Source of the DNA: Epiperipatus broadwayi
Taxonomy: Eukaryota > Animalia > Onychophora
Direction: 5' to 3'
Length of the DNA: 64,000 nt
NCBI GenBank assembly: GCA_028023455.1
Contig: JAQFVV010000011.1
Span: forward strand, 5,084,001-5,148,000
Made by a program: the position numbers and the translations under genes. Positions within the stretch are counted from its first letter, which is position 1. Every line of letters starts with the position of its first letter. Under the pieces are notes generated by a model. The model made no database searches. It had not been told where the DNA came from and was given only the letters and a program-made list of their open reading frames with translations. Positions 37,214 to 49,105 of the stretch are shown here, in pieces.

Positions 37214-37334
37214 GTCGCACAAATTTTTTCGTGCCTTTTATGTTCCGTGGTTAAGTGAAGTATACACAGAATTTAACGATTATGTGGTTTTAAAGACGAG
37301 AAGGGTTCGAGCAAAGAAAGCAAAGATTGTTTGA
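37214..37334 (+). CDS. ALG9: ALG9 terminal coding exon
   Basis: Acceptor ctatag, phase 2. SHKFFRAFYVPWLSEVYTEFNDYVVLKTRRVRAKKAKIV-stop, containing RAFYVP and ending in a KxKxx motif. Confidence 0.95.
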
Positions 37335-37707
37335 AACTGCCAGACAATATATCATTCGCATTTAAATAATAATGAAAAAAAAATCTTGGTTTACATCTGC
37401 ATTTGTTGAAGAGAATTCAATTTTTACAGTATTACATGGTTTAGAAACAAAATGTTACATTTCAGTTTTCATCTTTGAAAATTAATATTTTTTATTGCTG
37501 TAATTAAAGGAGTGTATAATAATATAGTTATGGATTTTATTTTTGATAACGTGAAAACAGCTTGCAATAGGAAAATATATGTAGGGATCCCTCCTTGTTT
37601 ATTTTTAATTGGTTTTAGAAAAAGATAAACAAATATTAAAATCATAAATAATGATATTAAATTCCTACAAGAATGATGTCTATAAGGTTTAATTGGAACT
37701 GTTGAGC

Positions 37708-37793
37708 AATAAATTAGTAATATCGATTTTTAAATGCAGTCACATATTAATAATTTATGCTTAATAAACAAGAATTTATATGTATAAAATAAA
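37708..37793 (+). promoter_or_regulatory. Candidate ALG9 polyadenylation signals
   Basis: AATAAA at 37708, 37763 and 37788, downstream of the stop codon. AT-rich background makes these weak evidence. Confidence 0.3.
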
Positions 37794-39239
37794 TTAAAAA
37801 TTTATTACAATTGAAAAGTTTATTTATTTCTGGGTATTTGTTAATAAGGAAAAAATACCTATATCCCAGTTTTATAAAGATTAAAAGATTTTACTTAATT
37901 CTAAATTAAAAAGAATTAAAAGATTCTGTTTAGTTGTGATTTACAGAGAATGAAAGATTCTATCATCTATTTCTAGTTCGTTGAAAAGACGTTAGGGTAA
38001 AAAAAGTATACTCAATTTAATTATGGTTTTAAAAGAATTGTCTTATTTTAACTTTGGTAAGGAATAAAAGATTTTTTCGTTCTTTGTCAGATAATTTTGA
38101 TTTATTTATTTATTATATTATTTATAGTTTTGTCAGTTGAATAACTATCAAATATGAAAGTAGAAAGGACAGTATTCAATATTCAGTACCATTCAACCAG
38201 CAAGATGATTTTTTTTTTGCTTAGTAAGAAGTCTAAGATAAGTGAATCATTGTTAAAAACAAATGTTAATTGACCACTAATTTACGTTTATGACTTAATA
38301 AAAATCAAAGAGAATATTTGTGATTTTTTAATTTATATTAATTACTTTGTATGATATTAAATGTTCATTGTTAAAACAAATGATAGAAATTATCAAGAAA
38401 TTGAAATGATTTTATTTTTGTTAGTTTAAAATTTGTACAGTTGTTTTAAACAGCAATAATGTAATAATTATATTATTTGTCAGTAATTTAAAATTACAGT
38501 CGGGCAATAAAATTAAAACTTATAAATTTTTCTCACTTTTTTTTTTAAAGACAGAAAACGGTTAGTTTTAAATTACTCCACATGTAATTAATTGAAATTT
38601 CGCATGGGGGGAAGGGATATGAAAACATAGTTTTTCAAATATTTAGCATTGAATTTGGGAATTAGAAGGGATTGTGGAGTTCTTTATTATCAAAGCAATT
38701 CTATATGTGATTAATGGATACATGAAGAATGAAAACCTTTTATAGAATAAAAGCTTTAATAAGACAATAGTAATTTTTAATAATAATGTATATGTGATGA
38801 AGAAGTATATTATCAAAATAGAATGTTGACCTATTTTTATATATATACTTACTAGTCAGTTTTTTGTTTATTTGTTGTTGTTGTTTTTTTAATAAAATGT
38901 AAGTTTGAACTTAATGTATTTATTTAAATATTTTAAGTATGATTTTTTTATTATGATGTATATATTTGTTATATTGTATAAATTATATATATATATAAAC
39001 TTAGATTATTGGAAGAATAATAAAATATTATATATGTATTTGATATATTAATTCAAACATAAAATATATTTTACATTTGTATATATGAAGAAACACACAA
39101 ATTGCATGGTTGAAGATATGAATTATGGAGATATGTTGAACTTTCACTGATGAAATTTATATTTAATTTCTGCCATTTCATTTCAAATTGTTTTTTTTTT
39201 TTTAAATTTGTGTATTTTTTTTTTAATTATTTTTAAACA

Positions 39240-41965
39240 GTATTCATTTAGTGCTCCTTTAGTATGTGGTGATGGGATATAAAATGATTTGAATGAAATG
39301 TAAAGTTCCTGTGTATAGGCTATATGCCCAAAAATCCTGTTAGTCAAATTAAATATTCTTTCTCTCCAAATACTTTTATATAACGATGAACTCAGTTACT
39401 TCTTACTCCTTATTACTTAATTATTTTTCTCCCCTAAGTTGATTTTCGACCTCCACCCCCTCTTTCCTATTTTAATAGAACTTTTTTTAATAGTTTTATC
39501 ATTCTGTGTTCATATTCCCTGGTTTCATTAGAATAATACCAAACAAAAAAAATCATAAAAGCTCGACTTCTTTCACTATTTATTTTTTAAATTTCTCAAA
39601 CTCTCCATACAATTTATCCTAATCCTCTTTCAATATTCTACACTCCAAAAAATAAATCTTCAATACTCTCTCATAGGATCCTTTCTCATAACCACTTCTT
39701 TAATTGACATCCTTATTCAATTTTTGGTTTCTGTTCTAATATCTCAACCTGCTGTTTTTGCTCCAAGTAATGATAAGTTTTCTTTAATGTAATCATACAT
39801 CCTTTTATATTTTATATCATTTTTATTTGTATATAATTCCAAACTATTTTTTTTTTAATCTATATTTATTTTCAATAACTCTACATCTTTTTGTCTAACC
39901 AATTTATCCATTCTCTTTTTCCATCCCTCATAATTATGTTCTTGTAACATATTTTTCTACACATCTCATTTCTTACGAAAATAAATGGAAATTGTCTATC
40001 TATTATCTTTGCATATTATAAAATCTTCTTTGCTCAGTATGTTTGTTATTATTTTTACTGATCTATATTCATTCATATAGTATAACTTCTTCAAATATTT
40101 TAAATTTACTTCTGGTTTCTCTCATTAAAAAAGAATTCCATCCTATTTCAATTTGAATAACATATTCTTTTTGTATAATATCTAAAAGTTTGACTTTCTT
40201 GGCTAATACAAAATGCCTCATTTTTAAATGAAGTTTATATCCTTATCTCTTTTCAAATAATTTTAACATGTTTCGTATAAGAAATGTGCCATATTTTTAA
40301 TCAATCCTTTTTATTTTTTGCTTCGAATCTAATTTTGAACTACCTGTATCATTCCTTTTTCCATTTTACAAAGTTCCAAAGTACCACTACTCCTCCACTC
40401 CATTTTTCTAAGACAAATTCCATCCTTCACTTTTACTCATTCCATTAAATATTAAGATCTAAGGTTTTTCTTAATACTCATATTTCTTCTTGCATCTTCA
40501 CATTTCTGTAATAATAATTCTATATCCTACATTGTTTTCAAAAATGCCATATCATCTGAAAACAAAAAAGGCAGTACATTTGGGTTAACTGTAGAAATCC
40601 CCATCTTTATTCCTAATCCTTCTATCTCAACCTCTATTTCACTTAGAAACAACACAAACAATAATTTCAACTCAATTTCACATTTAATTTCCAGTGATTC
40701 TGTATCCCCAATTTTTAGATATTACAATTATTCTTATATAAATCTTAATCATTGTTAATAATTCTATTTCCATATTTTTAAGATTTTTCTACAATCTATT
40801 TTTACCCATCTTATCATAAACCATTTTTATTTCTAAAAATGCAATTAATCTTGGTTTATTTTCTTTATAAAATATTTCATTCAATTGAGATGCAGTAAAT
40901 AAATTATTTATCTTTTCTGGATGAAGTATGTCCTGAGTCTTCCCCAAATTTTATTTTTCTATCAAGCCCTCATTTTATCCATTAAAAAATATGTAAATAA
41001 TTCGTAAACTATAGAAATTATCTCTAGTGATTTTCTAACCTTTATATAATAATCTAATTTTCATTATCTTCCATTTTCCTGGGATCTTATTATCAATTAC
41101 AGTTTTCTTAAAACTTATACTAGTCTTGCATAATTTACCATACCTACTACTTATTTCAATCTACCTATTGCTCTATTCAATTCTATATCTGTACTTCAAT
41201 CTTATTATAAATTAAGCTCTGCAATGAATCATATTCACTTCTCAACTCTCCGTCATTCAAAATTTTTATTACTGATTTGTTAAGTATTTTTTCCAAGTTC
41301 TTTCCCATCCTCACATTCTTTTCCTTCAATAATGTAACATCTTTTTTTTTTTTCTCATTTCTCTTCTTTATTTATCTTCAAAAATTTTCAGAATTATCTC
41401 TTCTCACATTGTTAATTTCTTTCTCCACTAATTTTTTTGTTCACTTCATTTCTATCTTCTATTTTTTTTTATTTATTTATTTAAGTAGCTATCTCATTTA
41501 ACTTAGCCCCCCCCCCCCATTTGCTTATTAATAATCTCTTTATAATCCCTGCATGTTTTTATATTTTCTAGTTTTTTTCTCCTTTAATTTTCTCATATTA
41601 ATCCTGTTGATTCTAAATAATCATTCATTTGTAATCTTTTTTACTATATCTATCCATTTTTCATAACTTTTAAAATCAGCAGATTTTATAATTATTTCCA
41701 AGATATTATTAAACCTACTCATCCCTTTCAATCTTCCTGTAAATCTCATTAATAAGTTTCAGATTCCTTTAATTCTATCAACATAAATTTGCAATCTACA
41801 TTTTTTTCTTCCTCATCAAACACTTTAGATTTTTTTTCTTTTTTATAATTCCTCTTTTTCTATCAAAACATAATAATTTATTTAAAATATCAATTCTCAA
41901 TTCACCTTGCACATGCATTTTAATAATGTTCCATTCGTATTCTCCACTCCATCAATTTCATCATT
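39240..41965 (-). mobile_element. Heavily decayed APE-RT LINE, 5'-truncated within the endonuclease
   Basis: Minus strand DGVENTNGTLL (APE) and LPFLFSDDM (RT), with the same purine-rich strand skew as the other LINEs. Confidence 0.65.
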
Positions 41966-44397
41966 GGTATGCCTATGTAGTGCCATCTGGTGAGTAAATC
42001 ACATGCTATAAGAGCACATTAATTTGTAAACAAGTATCTATCTGAATGTGATTGATATCAAAGAAAAATATTTTGATTTACAGCAATAGTACTGACAGCT
42101 GAAAAACTAAAAAAAATGCAAATAATTGCAATGCATAGAACAGTTATGGTGCATAAATTCTTCATTAAACTTTAACAAACTACAAGATAAAACAATAAAA
42201 TGTACTAATTATTTTAATATTCCTAAGAATAGCACTTTTAATTTCCTTTAGACCCTTCAATGGTACTAATTGTATATCAAGAGTTTTATAGCCTATATTA
42301 ATCGTACACTTACATGTCTTTCTAATTTACTTTAAGGAGTTATATGCTTATATATATGTACACCATATTTATGAATATATAGCATTTTAAAATTCTTTAT
42401 TAAGTATATATACAGTATGAAATATTTTTAATAAGACATTATATTGTACACAAAAATATAATTTGGAAAAAAAAAAAAGAAATGACAATTATTGAAATAA
42501 TTTTTAATGTTGATAGACATTATAAATATATAGGCATATATATATATATATCACTTTCAGTTTTTGCAAATTGGCTTCAGGGTTTTGATACTTTCCTATG
42601 GTAATATAACATTTAGTCTATTTTAGAATGATCCAAAAAACTTTATTATTTTATTGTCCATTACTAAAAATACTTTATCTCTCAATTTCTATTTGAAAAT
42701 TATCTTAATTCCTTGATAACAATTTTTTCTTATTATGTGACTAACTTATCTCCAATCAAATTCATGAAATTTTGTGATTACAGTATTAGTACTATTTGAA
42801 ATTAAATATATTCATATAATTGTATTCTTGAAATCCTAACTTTTTATAGGAAGCATGTTATATTTTATTTGTATACACATATATATTTGTGAGTACAGAT
42901 GTAAAACTGTTCTATATTCAACTTTAAAACAAGTGGTTTAAATTTGTTATCTATAATCTAAAATGACATGAGAAAGAAAAATAAATTTGGGGAATTTGAT
43001 ATACCTTAAACAAAAGTAGAAAAAAAATTTCCCATTTGTACTAATTTTTAAAGCAATATCTAACAAAGGAATAGCTTCAATGTAAGACAAATAGAACATT
43101 ATAAATAAACCACTAAAATGATCATAGATGGCGATAGTTTTGCTATTAATTGCAACTTTTTCGATTTATATTTTAAACTTTGTTAACTCTTACACTTGTG
43201 CTTAATCATAAATATTGATGCCCCTTACATCACTAAAGTGCAAAAGCTGTTAAAAAGATAATACTTTTTTTAATTATTCATTAAAATAAATAATTACAAA
43301 GTGCTAATTATTCATATGAAACTAAAACAATAGAAATAAAGAAAATCTTAAAAGAATTTAATCAATAAAATATATATCTTTTTTTTTTAAAAAAAACCCA
43401 TGGAATATATTTATTTATGTTTATATAAAAAATGGGTCTGCCATATCCATTATATTTAATTCTAAGATTTCTAGTGGATGATATAAATCAGTGGATAGCA
43501 GCTTATATTTTGTTTAAAATATATTGTTTACTGTTCTCTGTGACACATGTCTAAAGTTTGCAATTCCCATCCAAATTAAGATTATCAACAAAAATAATTT
43601 TAGATAAAAATAGACTAGCGCAGTTATGAAAAAAAAATAGTGACATAATAATATTTAAGTAAAAATTATGTGTATGTGTTCACACTCACTCACAAATAAT
43701 GATATAAACTTTTTCTTGAATGTTTTTTTAATTCTATTTCATAAATATTTTTTTTCTTTTACAATTTATTAATATATCTTTTAACATTTAAATTCACAAA
43801 TTCTTTCAAGTTGACAGAATTGCTATGATTACTATCTTTTACTTTGAAGCCATTTCCAATGAAATTTTAAATTTTTGAAGGGAAAAAATAAATAAATTTG
43901 ATTTAAATTGCCATCAAAGAATAAGTGCAAGTGGGAATATATATAGTCATAAAATTTACGTTTTTCTAATTAATTTATGAATCTTATTGCTTTTTTTTTT
44001 TTTTTACTTGTTTATCTTTTTAGGAATGATAAGTAGTGCATATTTGAAGTAGCAGATGTGACAACTACACTATATATATATTATAAAAATATTGATTATA
44101 TTATAGTAGAAATATAGTTTTGATATTCTCATATGTAGTTAAAGATTTATTTGAAGTTAACTCTTAACAATTATTGAAAAAAGGGCAAAAATTTGTTGCA
44201 TATAAAGTAATAATATAACACTAAAAGAGTTTTTAACTTCAAAATATTTAATTTTACAAATATTTTTAGACTGAGTCCTTCCAATTAACAAATTATCTTA
44301 CAAAACAGTTCAATTTCCTTTATCAGATACTTGTTAAAATCAATAAATTTAATTTCAATATAATTTGCAAGTGCAGCTTTCGTTAACAATTCTAAAT

Positions 44398-44752
44398 AAT
44401 CAGAAGATAATTAGCCTTCGAATACATTGTTCAAGCATTACTAACTCATCGATGTTATAGTGAGTATGCAGGACCCTCAAACACAATATTTATCAGTTGT
44501 AAATTTGAAAATTTTGCTGGGTTTAATTATAAATTAATAATGTAATGGACAGGAAGTTATCAAGATTAAATCTTCATGCTCTCATTCCAAAATGCTTTAG
44601 ATTAGCCTATATAATTGCATATAGATACAACAATTCTTAGCTTTCAAAAGTCTTGCATTTGAGTTTGAGGGTGTCCTGCATACTCACTATAACATCAGTG
44701 AGTTTGTAACATGATTGAACAGTTCATGTCGAAGGTTGAGTATTTTCTGATT
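44398..44752. mobile_element. MITE-like element with ~85-bp inverted termini
   Basis: aatcagaa...gatgttatagtgagtatgcagga(c)cctcaaac mirrored at 44663-44752. Confidence 0.7.
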
Positions 44753-44901
44753 AAAGAATTAAAATAAATGCAATAAATAGTAGAAACTTGCCTTTTTATT
44801 TTTCTAAATACAAGTGTAAATTTAATCTATTATCCTTTGTTTAATTTATTTTCAAAATATTAATGTTGAGAAAATATCTATTCTTTACTAACTTATTGTT
44901 C

Positions 44902-45390
44902 ATAATTGAAAATTTGCTAGTCTTTCACATGCGCGATTATCTCTCAGACAGCCAATCAGATTTTAAACAGCTGTCTTAAGAACGATCAAGCTTCGACACA
45001 TGACAGATTTTGATAAGAAAAGGATGATACCAACTTTTTCTCAACTTAACTTTTTATATATATATAAGCCAGTCTTAAGCATCTTGGCCTGAAAGCTTGA
45101 ATATATAAACATATACACTTATCATTCATTGGGTTTATATATTCAAGCTTTCAGGCCAAGATGCTTAAGACTGGATTATATTTATATATATAAAGTTAAG
45201 TTGAGAAAAGGTTGGTATCATCCTTTTCTTATCAAAATATCTATCATGTGTCGAAGCCTGATCGTTCTTAAGACAGCTGTTTAAAATCTGATTGGCTGTC
45301 TGAGAGATAATCGCGCATGTGAAAGACTAGCAAACTTTCAATTATTATCAATTTATTAACAACATGCGATTTAGACAAATATTATGTAAC
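44902..45390. mobile_element. Near-perfect fold-back element (~209-bp arms, 22-nt loop, one-sided tail)
   Basis: Arms 44902-45110 and 45133-45345; attgttca duplicated at 44895-44902 and 45391-45398. Confidence 0.85.
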
Positions 45391-48300
45391 ATTGTTCAGT
45401 AAATTTCAATGAATAATTAGTACACTTTCAACAAGTTCCAAATAATTATTTCAATAAAGTCTCAATTTTCTCAGTAAAACTTGAAAACTGATACCTAATC
45501 AGTGCCTAAAAAGAGATCTTAGCAACCCTATAAAACTGCTCTCCTTATGCAAAACTGGTTCTGCTGACTTTTCATTGGGTCAATTAAATGTAATGACTAC
45601 TATTTGGCATTGCTACAATTCCCAATATATTTCAGGCTATGATTATGGGAAATCAAAATTTTCATTATTAGTGTGGAATTAAATGAATTCAGAGGCAAGT
45701 TTAATTCAGAAAAAACATACATAAATACCCAGTAAAAATTTTTGAAGCATGTGAACTTGGAAAGAGCAAAAATCCATTGTAATTGGTTAATTTTTTTGAA
45801 GATTTTCTGAAAGAGAATACATATGGCAAGATCCTTATATGATTTATTATATATGAACCAAAAATGGAATTTGGGGAGTAGCCCAGGAAAAAATTTAACA
45901 ATTTGACTAAGGATCTGCTCAATTCAAACTTGCCCAACTACAATAGTGATATGGAAGTAATTTTTACTACTAACACTTTAATATATGGGTTGATGCTATT
46001 TTACACACCTGCATATGGCAGAGACACCTATGAATGAGTGCCTCTAGTCTTTCACAAATTTAAATATAAGGAGACACTAGCAATTATATTTGGGATAAAG
46101 TTTCATAGTATGTAAAAGTATGTTCACAATTGTAAAAAAGCAAACTATTTTTGGACATATTTTCACAAAAGATATTTAAGCTTCCTTATGTTGGCAAAAC
46201 ATTGCAGACTTCTGATTTCCCACTAATTTATAGAAAAAGGGGATTGAATCTTAAGAAATAAAAGACTAGTAAATTATATAGATAGACTTTTGAATTACCA
46301 GTGATTAACGGGAAGATTTGATGGCATTACTGTGTCCATTGTTAAACTTAATACAACAGCAGCTCATTTTTTCTCTTTTTAAAACAATTTTTTTTTCTCT
46401 ACGACTAATTGTAAAAAGAACAGTTTTCTTGACTTCACTCCAAACACTACCTATTATGAACTTGGACAATGGTATAGTGCTAGAATATCCACATTATTTT
46501 TTGGATTTTGCCATCATCATTGAGGAATGCAAGATAATGATTAATAATATTATTTTTCTTGTAAATACTTATGGAGCAAATATTACATTAGCAAGTAATA
46601 AACTAAATTTCTGTAGTATCATGTTAAAAAGTAATTCCAGATTATTGCATTCAAGACATCTCTTGAAAAGCATGATCATATTTTGATTGATAAGAACATT
46701 GCATGCCATCAAATTGAATACCAGGATTCTGATTCATAGCTTACAAGAATTGTTTTATAAGAAAGTAAGATGTCACATTTGTCTTGGAGAAAGATTGTAG
46801 ACAAAAACACTTCAATACAAAGATAAGTTTTTTTATGTGATGCGATGCAATATGGCTTCTCCTTTATTGAAGTAAAGAATCTCTTGGCCATTATGCCCAG
46901 AGAAACATGTTAGTCACTTTCCATTCCCCACCCTAAGTTTTTTCAATATTTTTCATTATCCTGCTCCATCCCATTTTCACATTCACTCTATGGCCTTCAT
47001 ATCTAGATCCCCCTTTTTACAAACCCAGCATAAAAAAACCCATTTTCTGTATAATCACTTTGTTTATATTTATTCTTCCATAATTTCATTATTTATATCC
47101 TTTCTGCTGTAAGCATCAATTAGCAGACTCCTAATATTTTCCATGCCTTCCTTACATAACTTGCTGACTAAATCACCTACATTTTTCAATTTATGTGTAT
47201 ATTTCCTTGATGCTAATGATCCTATTTGAGCCTTAATCAATAAACTGCTTTCCTTGTTATTATTGTAAATTAACTCACACCAAATATTCTGTTAACTTCT
47301 GTATATATTTAAACTATTTTTACTCTCCATAATAGTGCTCCATTACCCAATTTTTTTACTCTTCATCTATTTTATTCCCATTCTTTGCCACTATAATACT
47401 CAACAATCATCCTAACGCAATCATCTCCTCTTTTGTACAAGTATGGTGACAGTCTTTATCCAAATCTGCATACCATACTATCTTTTTCATCCATCTTCTT
47501 GCCTATCTTTTATCCGTAACACAAATACTACTTGGTTTATTCTCTTATATCCATAAATTGCAATCTACTGAACATTTTCATTTTGCATCTCTCGTATAAA
47601 AAACTTTACCATCCCCATTTCTCCCTGAATTGCCTCCTTTGCCATCCACATATCTGCATCTAATGCACATCTTCCTAATTCTCTTTGTACTTTTTTTAAA
47701 ATAATCTAACCTCCCTTTACTAACACAATGCATTATTACCATAAGTTAACCTTGCTGCTGCCTCTCCCATACAATTCTTGCTGCGTCATATTTATTATTT
47801 GAAATACCAATTTCTTTTATCAATCTCTTTCTTTTCTTTGCTTCATTTATCAATTTTTTCTCCTATTCATTCAAGTAATTCCCCTGATTACTTAAGATGA
47901 TCCCCAAATAGTTATATGTATTCACCACATTTAACTTTATATCCCCCAATAAAAACTCCTCTTTCTGCAGCATTTATCATCACTTCTGATTTTTCTTCAC
48001 TGAATTTAGCTATCCTTGTGCAAGTCTTCAGCATATCTTCCATATCTTCCCAAGATAGCAAATAAAAGATCTGATAATGTATATACTCCCTTGCCATTTA
48101 TTAATAGTGTCTCTAACCCTCTCCCTAATCATTCTATTGCTCTCTTCATTTCTCTAAATATAAAAAAAAATAGGTGATTATAAAGCATCCTTGCCTTAGT
48201 CCCATCCAATTTTTAATTCTAACTGATTCTATATTTACTAATTGATACATATAGTAATTATTTGCATACAATCTCTTAAAAAGATTCATTAAAGCTATTC

Positions 48301-48423
48301 ATTTCCAAATTTACTAAACTTAACCATAATCTATTTCTTTTTACTCTATCATATACCTTCTCCGTATCTATAAAGAAATTATATAACTGTCTACCTATAT
48401 TCCTACTCATATCTATAAGTTGT

Positions 48424-48541
48424 TAAACCACTAAACATCACATGATCACTACTTTCTATGCTAGCACATAACTTATTAAAATAGTCAAAACTCTCCATAC
48501 AGTAGTGCCTTCTGGCATCCATTGATTATTCTGGTTAGCAC
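48424..48541. mobile_element. Family-1 insertion inside the LINE
   Basis: Tail plus antisense arm joined through gcc microhomology to a sense arm; perfect 14-bp duplication tatctataagttgt at 48410-48423 and 48542-48555. Confidence 0.88.
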
Positions 48542-48807
48542 TATCTATAAGTTGTGTGACTACAAAAAAACTCTCCTATATACCTATCCAATTGAAAACA
48601 CTCCTTGCATTTTCTCCCACTATATTATTTTCTTCCATCCATTTCGCCACCCTTTCAGTCACTATATATGCAAAAACTATAACACTGATATTCCCACTAC
48701 CAGGCTATGGTCCTTACACTTTCCTTTAAATAATAGCCTTACTCCTATAAATTATCCCAGCTATGTGGAAATTCTGTCTTCTGTGCCATCTTATTAAAAT
48801 ATAATAG

Positions 48808-49105
48808 CCAATAAACATCACATGACCACCCCCTCATGCTTGTGTATAACTTGTTAAAACAGGCAAAACTCACTATACGTATTGCCACACAAAACAAGCT
48901 AGAGTAATCAATGGATGCCAGAATGCTTGTGCAAAAAACCCCATCTAGTGCCTACTCATCCAATATCCCCACAAGCCAGAAACTAGTCTGGGGATATTGG
49001 ATGAGTAGGCACTAGATGGGGATTTTATTCACAAGCCTCTGGCATCCATTGATTACTCTAGCTTGCTGTGTGTGGCAATATGTATAGTGAGTTTTGCCTG
49101 TTTTT
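48808..49105. mobile_element. Family-1 fold-back insertion inside the LINE
   Basis: Arms 48856-48971 and 48989-49104; spacer caagccagaaactagtc is the HHR 3' half; 11-bp duplication aaatataatag at 48797-48807 and 49106-49116. Confidence 0.9.

Noticed and set aside
45298-45330. HHR-like CTGAGAG...GAAAGACTAG in the 44.9-kb fold-back
   Set aside because: The core does not fit CUGANGA and stem II does not pair.
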